From: a virus
Lineage: Duplodnaviria; Heunggongvirae; Uroviricota; Caudoviricetes
IMG/VR virus record: IMGVR_UViG_3300031758_000005
Direction: 5' to 3' (one strand)
Length of the DNA stretch: 56,411 nt
Numbering within the stretch: position 1 is the stretch's first letter; each line of letters starts with the position of its first letter. Below are positions 1 to 9,121 of this stretch, in pieces. The notes below the pieces were generated by a model that was not told the origin of the DNA, did no database searches, and was given only the letters and a program-made list of their open reading frames with translations. Made by a program: the position numbers and the translations under genes.

Positions 1-2
1 TA

Positions 3-167
3 AAGCGGTTGGTAAAACGGTTATATGAAATGCGTCAAGCTGGATTGGATAAGAGTGGGGAGTATAGTACAGAGAACTTGGTATTCAAACTTTTGAGATC
101 CACTGGGTACGTTAATCAACTAAAAGACACTATAACCAATATTACAGATAAAAATTTGAGTAAATGA
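3..167 (+). CDS. 3' end of a gene truncated by the window edge; possibly a nucleotidyltransferase-like phage protein
   Basis: Frame 3 is open from the edge: KRLVKRLYEMRQAGLDKSGEYSTENLVFKLLRSTGY...KNLSK-TGA(165-167). The R.AGL...GE.S.ENL.FK.LR pattern is one I recall from large-phage nucleotidyltransferase-like proteins; function uncertain. Confidence 0.55.
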   Translation, partial: KRLVKRLYEMRQAGLDKSGEYSTENLVFKLLRSTGYVNQLKDTITNITDKNLSK

Positions 168-199
168 TAAAAAACTTTATATAAAACTAAATCATTTAA

Positions 200-207
200 T
201 ATTTATA
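200..207 (+). promoter_or_regulatory. TATTTATA motif, putative late promoter (representative copy)
   Basis: TATTTAT(A) recurs just upstream of starts at 200, 771, 2784, 6193, 13708/13720, 18651, 25615, 26208, 26888, 31166 and 32635/32641. Confidence 0.6.
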
Positions 208-230
208 TTCAAGAACAATAAGGTAAAAAT

Positions 231-722
231 ATGGCAGAACTACTAAATCCAAGTGAAATATTTCAAACAAATTTCGAGCCAAAAGTAAAGAATCGTTTTA
301 TTCTTTATGTTGATGGCATTCCATCATTCATTATTAAAAAGGTCAATCGTCCTAAGCTAACACAAGCTAAGAAAGAACTTGATCATATCAATCTAAAACG
401 TTACTACAAAGGCAAGAGTGTATGGGATGAAATCAGTATGGAACTTTATGATCCAATTGTACCATCTGGCGCTCAAGCTGTAATGGAATGGGTTCGGTTG
501 CATCACGAATCTGTTACTGGTCGTGATGGTTATCAAGACTTTTACAAGAAAGATTTGACCATCAACGTTCTTGGTCCAGTTGGTGATAAAGTAGAAGAAT
601 GGAAGTTGGTAGGTGCATTCATTGTAACTGCTGATTTCCAAGAAATGGATTGGAGTGATGATGGTGCTGCTCAAATGATCAGCCTATCAATTGCAATTGA
701 TTACGCAATTCTTCAATATTAA
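231..722 (+). CDS. Tail tube protein (T4 gp19-like)
   Basis: 163 aa; FEPK..NRF, Y.KGK..W..I...LYDPI.PSGAQAVMEW, YKKD.....LGP.G..VEEW.L.GAF pattern; sits upstream of chaperone and tape measure genes. Confidence 0.85.
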   Translation: MAELLNPSEIFQTNFEPKVKNRFILYVDGIPSFIIKKVNRPKLTQAKKELDHINLKRYYKGKSVWDEISMELYDPIVPSGAQAVMEWVRLHHESVTGRDGYQDFYKKDLTINVLGPVGDKVEEWKLVGAFIVTADFQEMDWSDDGAAQMISLSIAIDYAILQY

Positions 723-743
723 TATTTTTGCCAAATCAAAAAG

Positions 744-770
744 AACCCCACATTTATCTGTGGGGTTTTC
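744..770 (+). terminator. Intrinsic terminator
   Basis: AACCCCACA-N6-TGTGGGGTT followed by T-rich sequence, after the tail tube gene. Confidence 0.75.
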
Positions 771-783
771 TATTTATTAACAT

Positions 784-1692
784 ATGCAAATGGGCAAGAA
801 AGTATTCGTCATTTATCCTGGTAGATTTCACCCCTTTCACACAGGGCACAAAAGTGTATATAATTATTTAAGCACCAAATTTGGTGGTAATGATGTATAC
901 GTAACCACAACGGGGGTAATTAAATTGCCAAAGTCACCTTTTTCATTTGATGAGAAAAAAGAAATGATGATGGCAACTGGCATACCAGCCAACAAAATAC
1001 TAAATGTAAAGAACAACTACAACTTGAAAAGTGTATCAAATCAGATACCAATCAATATAGAACGTGATAGTATCATTTTTGCAGTTAGTCAAAAAGATAT
1101 GGCTGAAGATCCTAGATTCAAGAGATTTGTCAAAAAAGACGGATCTCTTTCGTATTTACAACCAATGCCAAGAAACGAAAGTAAATTGGAACCCGCAATT
1201 AACCGCGGTTACTTAATTACTGTTCCAACAACAGATTTTACAGTATTGGGGTCACCTGTAAGAAGCGCAAGTCAATTGAGATATCAATATTCAACGTTAA
1301 CCCCAGAACAACAAAAATTATTTATTATAGATTTATTTGGAAGTTATAATTCAAAGATACATCGTATATTAAACAACAAGTTGGGTAATACCAGCGGTAA
1401 ATTAACTGAAAAGCAAAAGAAGTTATTAAAGAAGTTGATTGTGGGTATCTTAAAAGAAGATGAAGCTAAAGTTAAATCAGCGACACATAAAGCAAATTTA
1501 GCATTAGTTGTGCAAAGACAAGCTGAATTAGATGACGCTGAAGAAAAATATGATGTTGCAAATGAAAAATATACTGCAGCTACAACTCCAGAAGAAAAGG
1601 CAGCGGCAGACATTTCTTTAAAAAATGCTAAAAAAGTTGTGGATTCAAAAAAATCGATGTATGATGCTGCAAAACATCAAGCAAGTACTTAA
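784..1692 (+). CDS. HIGH-motif (cytidylyltransferase-like) nucleotidyltransferase with Ala/Lys-rich helical C-terminus
   Basis: N-terminal YPGRFHPFHTGH (HxGH), P.SF.EK..M, and a downstream SAS..R motif typical of the CTP_transf-like fold. Confidence 0.7.
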   Translation: MQMGKKVFVIYPGRFHPFHTGHKSVYNYLSTKFGGNDVYVTTTGVIKLPKSPFSFDEKKEMMMATGIPANKILNVKNNYNLKSVSNQIPINIERDSIIFAVSQKDMAEDPRFKRFVKKDGSLSYLQPMPRNESKLEPAINRGYLITVPTTDFTVLGSPVRSASQLRYQYSTLTPEQQKLFIIDLFGSYNSKIHRILNNKLGNTSGKLTEKQKKLLKKLIVGILKEDEAKVKSATHKANLALVVQRQAELDDAEEKYDVANEKYTAATTPEEKAAADISLKNAKKVVDSKKSMYDAAKHQAST

Positions 1693-1741
1693 ATATAATA
1701 ACTAAAAAGTTATATAAAGTTCTATATATTGTTATAAAGTT

Positions 1742-2563
1742 ATGAGTGACGAAATTATTATTCAAAAATTAAAACAACAACATTCAGCTGCTCCTGCTCC
1801 TGTAGCTACGAGTTATCCAGCCGAAACAATTGAGTTGCCATCAAAGGGTTATTTTTACGATGAATCCAATCCACTGAGCAAAGGAACTATTGAATTAAAG
1901 ATGATGACAGCTAGGGAAGAAGATATTCTGACCAATGAAAATTTCATCAAAAACGGTACTGTATTGGACAAATTGTTGGAAGGTCTAATTGTTACGCCTG
2001 GTGTACGTACCCAAGACCTATTAATGATTGATAAAAACGCTTTGTTTATTGCTGCTAGACGATTGGCATATGGTGATAAATATGGACCAGTAAAGATTGA
2101 ATGTAAGAAGTGTAACACCGAAAACAAAACTTATATTGATTTAAGCACACTAAATGAAAAAGAAGTAGATTTCAGTAAGTTTGAAAAAGGTACTAATGAA
2201 TTTGAATTTGAGTTTCCATTTTGTAAGAGACGAATCACATTTAAACTAATTACGTCTGGTGATCAGGAAAGTATTGAACGTGATATTAAAGCATTGACCA
2301 AGATTAAAAAACAATCCAGCGCTGAAGTTACCACCAGACTTAAGAGATTGATTGTTAGCATTGATGGTAAACCTGATATAGCCGCTATCAATAAATTTGT
2401 TGATAATGAATTGTTGTCAAAGGACAGTATGGCGTTGAGATCCTATATTAAAACAATTGCGCCTGAATTGGATATGGGTTTCGACTTTGTTTGTGAACAC
2501 TGTGGTGAGGTGGAAAGGATGGATGTACCGATGACGGTACAGTTTTTTTGGCCTGAGTCCTGA
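1742..2563 (+). CDS. T4 gp26-like baseplate hub assembly / tail assembly chaperone
   Basis: IELPSKG..Y, MTAREEDILT, two CxxC pairs (CKKC, CEHC), C-terminal FFWP; immediately upstream of the tape measure gene. Confidence 0.75.
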   Translation: MSDEIIIQKLKQQHSAAPAPVATSYPAETIELPSKGYFYDESNPLSKGTIELKMMTAREEDILTNENFIKNGTVLDKLLEGLIVTPGVRTQDLLMIDKNALFIAARRLAYGDKYGPVKIECKKCNTENKTYIDLSTLNEKEVDFSKFEKGTNEFEFEFPFCKRRITFKLITSGDQESIERDIKALTKIKKQSSAEVTTRLKRLIVSIDGKPDIAAINKFVDNELLSKDSMALRSYIKTIAPELDMGFDFVCEHCGEVERMDVPMTVQFFWPES

Positions 2564-2762
2564 ATACAAGGTACAAGTTCACAGTCAAATATTTGAATTG
2601 AGTTACTTCTCGCAAGGAGCGGTAAATGTACAAATTGCGTATCAATTGCCTGTATTTTTGCGCAATTTTTATTATGCTCAATTGGCAAATATAAAGAACA
2701 AAGAAAGTGATAGTTACAAAGAACCAGCTAAAAAGTCAGGCAAAGTAGATAAGCCTTTTTAG
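2544..2762 (+). CDS. ATG-less ORF, probable frameshift extension of the chaperone (G/GT-type)
   Basis: The +1 frame is open from 2535 (after TGA 2532-34) to TAG 2760-62: FFGLSPEYKVQVHSQIFELSYFSQGAVNVQIAYQLPVFLRNFYYAQLANIK...; it has no Met and begins at the T7 run 2543-2549. Confidence 0.6.
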   Translation, partial: FFGLSPEYKVQVHSQIFELSYFSQGAVNVQIAYQLPVFLRNFYYAQLANIKNKESDSYKEPAKKSGKVDKPF

Positions 2763-2797
2763 TGTAAAATGATATAGTTGTCATATTTATATATTAT

Positions 2798-5700
2798 ATG
2801 GCAGCACAACCGTTTGATAAAGAAACCGCTAATAAATTAGCAGAGGCGTTTAATAATTTAAGCACCGAAACTAAAAAGACATTATCTGATCTCGCCGCTA
2901 GTGTTGAGGCTGAGAAAAAAATGCTTGATATAGCTAAGCAACTTGGTCAAGTATATAAAACACAACAAGATAAGCTTGATGAACAGTTAAAAGGAAAAAA
3001 TTTACAAGAACAATTGCAAATAAAACTTGAACATTCTGAAAAAAAGTTAGATGAATTGGCGCAGGCACGAATCAACAGTTTTGTGAAGGAAAAAGACATA
3101 CTAGACCAAATACAAACAACATCAGCTAAGCTGAACTTCGAGCAAAGTAAAGATCCAGGGAGTGAACAAGTTAAACTATTGCAAAATCAACTCAATGAAC
3201 AAAAAGCATCGTTAAATTTGGAAAGACAATTGTTGGCAACTAGTGCTTCTCAGTTAGAATTGTTAAAGTTAAAAAATATTGCGTTAAATGCATCAATTAA
3301 TTTGTTAAACGTCTTCAAAAAAGGTTTACAGGAGGCTGAAAAGTTGTTAAATAAGATGGGTGATTTGGCGGGCAGTTTAATGACCAAACTAAATATGCCT
3401 ACTACAATAGTTGGTACTTTTACAAAAATATTAGACATATTTGACCAAATTGATACTGCTGCTACAAATGTAAGACAAAAATTTGGATTGTTGCCTAGCC
3501 AAGGTGCAATTTTTGAAAAAAACATACGAGACGCTTCTATTGAGTTAGCTGAGTTTGGTATAAATGCTGAACAACTTGGTGGTACAATGAAACAAATAGG
3601 TTCGACTTTTACAAGTTTGCAATCTATGGAAAAAGGATTGGTAAAAGATGTTTCAATAATGTCTGCACAATTTGGTGTAGCTTCTGAAACAAGCATTAAA
3701 TTTTTACAAACGTTAGGTGGTGTATCTGGTAAAAGTGTAATAGCCAAACAAAATATGTTGGGATTGGCAAAATTTGCTGCAAATGCTTATGGCGTTGGGT
3801 TGGATGATGTGATGAACGATGTAGCAAATGCATCCGAAGAAGCTAGAATGTTTTCTGGTAAAAATGCAGATGAAATGGTTAGAGCAGCTGCTCAAGCTAG
3901 ACAGATGGGTACTACACTTGATAATATGGCTAAAACTGCAAAAGGTCTTCTTGATTTTGAAAGTAGTATTCAATCAGAATTAAAAGCTAGTGCATTAATT
4001 GGTAAAAATATTAATTTCAATGAAGCTCGTAGATTGGCATTTCAAGGCGATATTGTTGGAGCTAACAAAATAATATTGGATCAAGCTAAGAAAATTAAGT
4101 TCAATCAGTTAAATCCAATTGCACAAGAGGCATTTGCGAAGGCAGCTGGTAAGAGTGTAAAAGAATTACAAGAAATGTTAAACGCTGAAGAAAATCTGAA
4201 AGAAGCATTGAAATCAAAAGATCCATTGGTAAGAGCTGAAGCTGAAAAGAAAAAACAAATGGCGGAGATGATGAAGAAAGATCCTATAGCTGCTAAAAAA
4301 GCTGCTCAGGCCGAATATGAAAAGGGGTTGATTCAAGAAAAAAATCAAACCAGAATGAAACAATTGCAAAATGAAATTAATGCAATTTTTATGGAATTTA
4401 TCGGACCTATATTGGAACAAATAGGGCCAATATTTACAGAGTTATTAAAGTACATAAAAGACAACAGAGAGTCTGTCAAATCATTTGCTCAAGACGTAGG
4501 TAAACTATATATGATGTTTAAAAGTTTAAACATAATTTCAATTGTACTCGGCGGTGTAGGGAAATTAATCAGTGGATTTGGGAAGTTAATCTCCTATGCT
4601 TCTGAATTTTCATCGATTGTACTAAAAATATCAAGTTTTATTATTAGATGGTCAACAAGTACATCTGGTATTATAAACACCTTTGAAGCTATTGCGGTCA
4701 AAAGTGAAAAGGTAGCTAGCGTATTAAAATCGACGGCTGATACATTAAAAGGATTCGGCGCGGGTTTTCAAAACATATCTAATTTTATCGGAAAAGGAGC
4801 TACGCAATTAACAAAACTTTCAAATGGTGCATTGAATGTCGGAATAAATATTGAAAAAGTATTTACAAAATTTCCAGCAATTTCAAAAATTGGAAATATA
4901 ATTTCAAAAGTATTTAGTGGACTAGGTAGTTCGGTGAAAGGAATAGGAAGCTTCGTCGGTGGAATATTTGGTAAACTTGGCGCTGGAGTTGGGATTTTTT
5001 CAAAGTTAGGACCACTTTTTGGAGCAGTAGCTAAATTCTTGGGCCCTATAGGATTAGTTGTATCTGTGATACAAGGCGGCATAGCATTTTTTAAAGCTTT
5101 TAATGACACAACGGGTACTACGAGTCAAAAAGCTGTGGCTGGATTAAAAGCCGTAGTTAATGCTTTGGTAATAGAGCCATTAAAAATGGTTGGGGATTTT
5201 CTTAAAAAGATACCATCGTTTTTAGCAGACATAGATTTTGGATCAATATATAAAGATGTAACTACCTTTTTATTGGATGCATTGACAAGTTTGCCCGATA
5301 AAATCGAAGAGTTGTTTAGTGGTGGAAGTGGTGGGATAGATTGGGGTAAAATTTTCTTTAATATTGGAAATCTTTTTTTTCAAATGATTATGTTTAGTGC
5401 AATTAAATTGCCATTAGCAATTTCTACTGTAGTACTAAAACTAGGAGTATTAATCCTCAAGGGAATTGTCTCAATAGGTCCAGCTCTTCTGTCAGCATTA
5501 ATATGGGCATTTAAAGCGGGTTATGATTGGCTAATGAACCTATGGGGCGGTAAATCTCCATCAAAAATTGGTTTAGCAATCGTTGATGGTATAGAATCAG
5601 TAGTTGATATGTTATTTGATTTAATTACGTATCCATTTAAAAAAGCAGCTCAAATTATACCTGAGTTTATTAATATTTTAAAAACAACATTTGTTGACGC

Positions 5701-6187
5701 TTTTAAATCAGTAGTGGACGTAATATTTGATTTAATTACATATCCATTTAAAAAAGCGTTTCAACTAATAAAGTCTGCTGTATCGGAAGTTGGATCCGTT
5801 CTAAAAGATACATTCAGTGGCGCTTTTACATTTATTATTAATGCGCTTGAAAAAGTATTGGAGAAGTTAAAAGGAGTAGGTGAATTTATAGTCGATTTAG
5901 TAGGAAAAGGATTTAATTTTGTTGGTAAAATACTTGGTGTTACTGATGAACCTACTGATAAATCTACGAAAGTTGATGAAAAATATAAACAACAAGGTTT
6001 ACAAACTGATTCTATTATTAATGCAATTGTAAGTTCCAACAAAGCGGTGGTTGAAAAACTAGATAAACTAACATCGATGATGGCATCTGGTCAAATTGCT
6101 GTATATATTGATGGACAACGTGCAAATCAACTATTGGCAACAAGTAATTCAAAATTCGGTTCATTTGGTCAAGCAACAACCAATTAA
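2798..6187 (+). CDS. Tape measure protein
   Basis: 1129 aa; helical/coiled-coil N-half, Gly/Ala/Phe amphipathic repeats, internal repeat FDLITYPFKKA; tail-module position. Confidence 0.85.
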   Translation: MAAQPFDKETANKLAEAFNNLSTETKKTLSDLAASVEAEKKMLDIAKQLGQVYKTQQDKLDEQLKGKNLQEQLQIKLEHSEKKLDELAQARINSFVKEKDILDQIQTTSAKLNFEQSKDPGSEQVKLLQNQLNEQKASLNLERQLLATSASQLELLKLKNIALNASINLLNVFKKGLQEAEKLLNKMGDLAGSLMTKLNMPTTIVGTFTKILDIFDQIDTAATNVRQKFGLLPSQGAIFEKNIRDASIELAEFGINAEQLGGTMKQIGSTFTSLQSMEKGLVKDVSIMSAQFGVASETSIKFLQTLGGVSGKSVIAKQNMLGLAKFAANAYGVGLDDVMNDVANASEEARMFSGKNADEMVRAAAQARQMGTTLDNMAKTAKGLLDFESSIQSELKASALIGKNINFNEARRLAFQGDIVGANKIILDQAKKIKFNQLNPIAQEAFAKAAGKSVKELQEMLNAEENLKEALKSKDPLVRAEAEKKKQMAEMMKKDPIAAKKAAQAEYEKGLIQEKNQTRMKQLQNEINAIFMEFIGPILEQIGPIFTELLKYIKDNRESVKSFAQDVGKLYMMFKSLNIISIVLGGVGKLISGFGKLISYASEFSSIVLKISSFIIRWSTSTSGIINTFEAIAVKSEKVASVLKSTADTLKGFGAGFQNISNFIGKGATQLTKLSNGALNVGINIEKVFTKFPAISKIGNIISKVFSGLGSSVKGIGSFVGGIFGKLGAGVGIFSKLGPLFGAVAKFLGPIGLVVSVIQGGIAFFKAFNDTTGTTSQKAVAGLKAVVNALVIEPLKMVGDFLKKIPSFLADIDFGSIYKDVTTFLLDALTSLPDKIEELFSGGSGGIDWGKIFFNIGNLFFQMIMFSAIKLPLAISTVVLKLGVLILKGIVSIGPALLSALIWAFKAGYDWLMNLWGGKSPSKIGLAIVDGIESVVDMLFDLITYPFKKAAQIIPEFINILKTTFVDAFKSVVDVIFDLITYPFKKAFQLIKSAVSEVGSVLKDTFSGAFTFIINALEKVLEKLKGVGEFIVDLVGKGFNFVGKILGVTDEPTDKSTKVDEKYKQQGLQTDSIINAIVSSNKAVVEKLDKLTSMMASGQIAVYIDGQRANQLLATSNSKFGSFGQATTN

Positions 6188-6204
6188 TCTAATATTTATA
6201 ATTA

Positions 6205-8826
6205 ATGGCAAATAGTAATACATATTATAGCGCAATAGGCAATGATGGTGCGCAGGTTACCACACTTTCTAATATACAAGGTGCTGGTTTATCTTTACCG
6301 CCAAATACTGAACAGTATATAAACCTAAGAGCGCCTGGTAAATTAGAAACGTTATTCAACACTAATAATAACAGTGAAGTATTGTATAGCAAAAATAAGC
6401 CAACTGATTTATATACCAAAGGATTAATTAGTAGCGAATTAGCACCTCCGTTTTATGCAAATCCTAATCAAGGGCAGCGTCAAAAGATAAACGTTAGCAG
6501 ATCGTTTCCTATACAATCCGCATTAAGAGATGGAACGCGTATCAGAAGATTTTTGGGATCTGGCAAAGGTGCTACGTTTTTAACAAAACAAATAATACTA
6601 CAGGGATTTGCTCCGTTTGACGAAACAAAGATTTATAACCCAGCTAGTCCTCTTTTAGCCGCAGTTAGATTGTCAACATTTGGTGCTATAGAAAGACCAA
6701 CCAGATTTATAGATAGCAGCAACCTTGTGGGTGGTTTAATGGGAGCCGCTGGTCTCGGTGGCATTACCAAAGCTATTGGTGGTTTATTTGGTGCTACTGA
6801 AGGAAATCCATCTCCACCACGTAGTAGTGTGGCTAGTGCTGCTAGTGAGCCAAAAAGCGGACTGGGAGGATTCTTTAATTTTACAGGATTGCTTGGTGGA
6901 GGTGATAAAGCGGATCAAGTAATGCCTATTACAGGTCGAGACGGTGTTAAAGGATTACTAAGAGGTAATACAGCTACCTCTGCTTATAATAACAAACGAT
7001 ACAAGAGTTTGATGAGTAATTCGGCAGCTAAAGGTGGATTTTTCGGTAATCTATTAAAAGCGGCTGGATCATTTTTAAAGAATAATACGATTCTAGGTGG
7101 ATTGTTGCCACCTACTCAACCAATAGCAGGATTAAATTATAGAGCGGACGAAGATACATATCAGCTAATGTTGAATACTAATAGATGGAGTAATTTTATT
7201 ACACAAGACGGTGGAGATCGTGGTGGCAAAAAAAGTCAAAATTTAAATGTTGGCGTAAACCAAGGCAACAATTTATTATTTACAGGTACCCAACCAAAAA
7301 CAAAAGGTGGTTTTATTGGTGGGTTATTGAAAGCTATTGGATTACAAAATATAACAGGCGGTAACAGTAGTGGTACCAGTGGAATGAGATTTTTTGCTAC
7401 ACCGTTAACAAACATAGTTTCAAAAAGATTGAGATTATATGTTCAAAGCAATAAAAATTTAAGAAACAATAGCTTTTTATCGGTTACATATTCGACTACT
7501 CCTGGCGTTGGTAAATTAACCGATTCATATACAATTGATAACGTTGAAATTAGTTCTGTAGACGGAGCTAACACCAACCGATATGGCGACTTGGTTAAAA
7601 TAGATGGTGATGTAGAATACAGCGATCAACTATTAAACTACAAACAATATACAGATCCAAAGTTATCATTAAATTATCAACGTACTCTTTCAGATAAAAC
7701 GGATAAAACTGTACAATATCTCCAAGACTTAAACGTTACTTTAAAAAATACAATTGCTGGAATAGACAATCAAAAATATGATTATTATCCAGCATTTGGA
7801 AAAATACAACAAAATGTTACTGATGATGTAGGTTTTAATTATTTGGCAAAAGTAAAATCGGATAGAACGAATCCCGAGGGATCTGATAGTGCAAATCAGT
7901 ATACATACACAGGAAGAATAAGATCAGATCCAGAAAAAGAAAAATTCCCAACCTTATTGGGTAAACGAGTGGGTAAAGACAGATTTATAAGACCCACCAA
8001 TAACGTTGATTATGTCAACAGTTTGGGTGTGTTAAATGCTGATGAATTTGCTGAAAAATATAACGATCAATTTAATGGATTGGGTCCTGATTTGGTTAAG
8101 TTTTATTTTTATGATATTGTCAACAATAGATTCATACCATTTAATGCTACGGTAAAAGGATTGCAAGAAAATAATACATCAACCTGGGAGCCAATTGAAT
8201 ATCTTGGAAGACCTGACAAGTTATACTATTACAAAGGATTTACAAGAGATGTTAGTTTCAACTTCAAAGTGGTAGCACATTCTGTTAAAGAATTATTGAC
8301 TATGTGGCAACGTGTAAATTACTTGGTAGGATTAACTAGACCTTCTAATTATACGTCTACTGTTAATGGTGGATTTATGATACCGCCTATGGTACAATTT
8401 ACATTTGGTGACTTTTATAAGAACCATTGCGTTGTATTAAATGCTTGCAACGTATCTATACCAGAAGATGCATCTTGGGAACTGATCAATGAAAGTACTG
8501 TAAAAAACCAAGATTGGAGTTATAATTTGGGTAATATATTTACAGAAGGTAAAACCAGTATGAAAGGTAAAGTAGCTCAGTTTCCAAGAGAAGCGGAAAT
8601 TAGTATCACAATGGCTATAATGGAAAAAGACAGACCAAAAACAGGAAGAGCTGTTTGGGGAAATGCTCCTGTTCCAACCTTTACACAAGCAGATATTGGG
8701 GAAACTGCTACTGTATCCACATTTGGTACAACTGATTTATATAATGGCAAAGATTATAATGATGTGGCTAATAATGATTTCTCAACGAATATGAGATATG
8801 ATGTTGATAAACAAGGAAATAAATGA
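6205..8826 (+). CDS. Baseplate / tail-tube initiator-like structural protein
   Basis: Gly-rich N-half; C-terminal domain (F.A...GL.E....W....YLGRPDKLY.Y.GFTR.VSFNFKV...PPMV.FTFGD) resembles tube-initiator/gp48-54-like folds; follows the tape measure gene. Confidence 0.6.
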   Translation: MANSNTYYSAIGNDGAQVTTLSNIQGAGLSLPPNTEQYINLRAPGKLETLFNTNNNSEVLYSKNKPTDLYTKGLISSELAPPFYANPNQGQRQKINVSRSFPIQSALRDGTRIRRFLGSGKGATFLTKQIILQGFAPFDETKIYNPASPLLAAVRLSTFGAIERPTRFIDSSNLVGGLMGAAGLGGITKAIGGLFGATEGNPSPPRSSVASAASEPKSGLGGFFNFTGLLGGGDKADQVMPITGRDGVKGLLRGNTATSAYNNKRYKSLMSNSAAKGGFFGNLLKAAGSFLKNNTILGGLLPPTQPIAGLNYRADEDTYQLMLNTNRWSNFITQDGGDRGGKKSQNLNVGVNQGNNLLFTGTQPKTKGGFIGGLLKAIGLQNITGGNSSGTSGMRFFATPLTNIVSKRLRLYVQSNKNLRNNSFLSVTYSTTPGVGKLTDSYTIDNVEISSVDGANTNRYGDLVKIDGDVEYSDQLLNYKQYTDPKLSLNYQRTLSDKTDKTVQYLQDLNVTLKNTIAGIDNQKYDYYPAFGKIQQNVTDDVGFNYLAKVKSDRTNPEGSDSANQYTYTGRIRSDPEKEKFPTLLGKRVGKDRFIRPTNNVDYVNSLGVLNADEFAEKYNDQFNGLGPDLVKFYFYDIVNNRFIPFNATVKGLQENNTSTWEPIEYLGRPDKLYYYKGFTRDVSFNFKVVAHSVKELLTMWQRVNYLVGLTRPSNYTSTVNGGFMIPPMVQFTFGDFYKNHCVVLNACNVSIPEDASWELINESTVKNQDWSYNLGNIFTEGKTSMKGKVAQFPREAEISITMAIMEKDRPKTGRAVWGNAPVPTFTQADIGETATVSTFGTTDLYNGKDYNDVANNDFSTNMRYDVDKQGNK

Positions 8827-9116
8827 GATATCAATTTACACCAACAGAAAAAAGATATGATGGTAAAATAGTGTTTAAAACAACATATTATCCAAACATA
8901 CCCGAATCTGAAGATGATCTATATATTACAGCGTCTAATGAAGATTATTTAGACAGTTTAGCTAAAAAGTATTATGGTAATGAAATGTATTGGTGGATAA
9001 TCGCATTGGCTAATAATATATCAGATGGTAAATTATCTGTTAATGCAAATAAACAATTGCGAATACCAGGTAACTTACCAAATATATTGCAGAATCTCAA
9101 ACAGATTAATAGTTAA
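8823..9116 (+). CDS. LysM-like baseplate wedge protein (gp53/gpX-like)
   Basis: D.LD.LA.KYYG....WWIIA.AN and QLRIP motifs. Confidence 0.75.
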   Translation: MRYQFTPTEKRYDGKIVFKTTYYPNIPESEDDLYITASNEDYLDSLAKKYYGNEMYWWIIALANNISDGKLSVNANKQLRIPGNLPNILQNLKQINS

Positions 9117-9121
9117 GTTAT

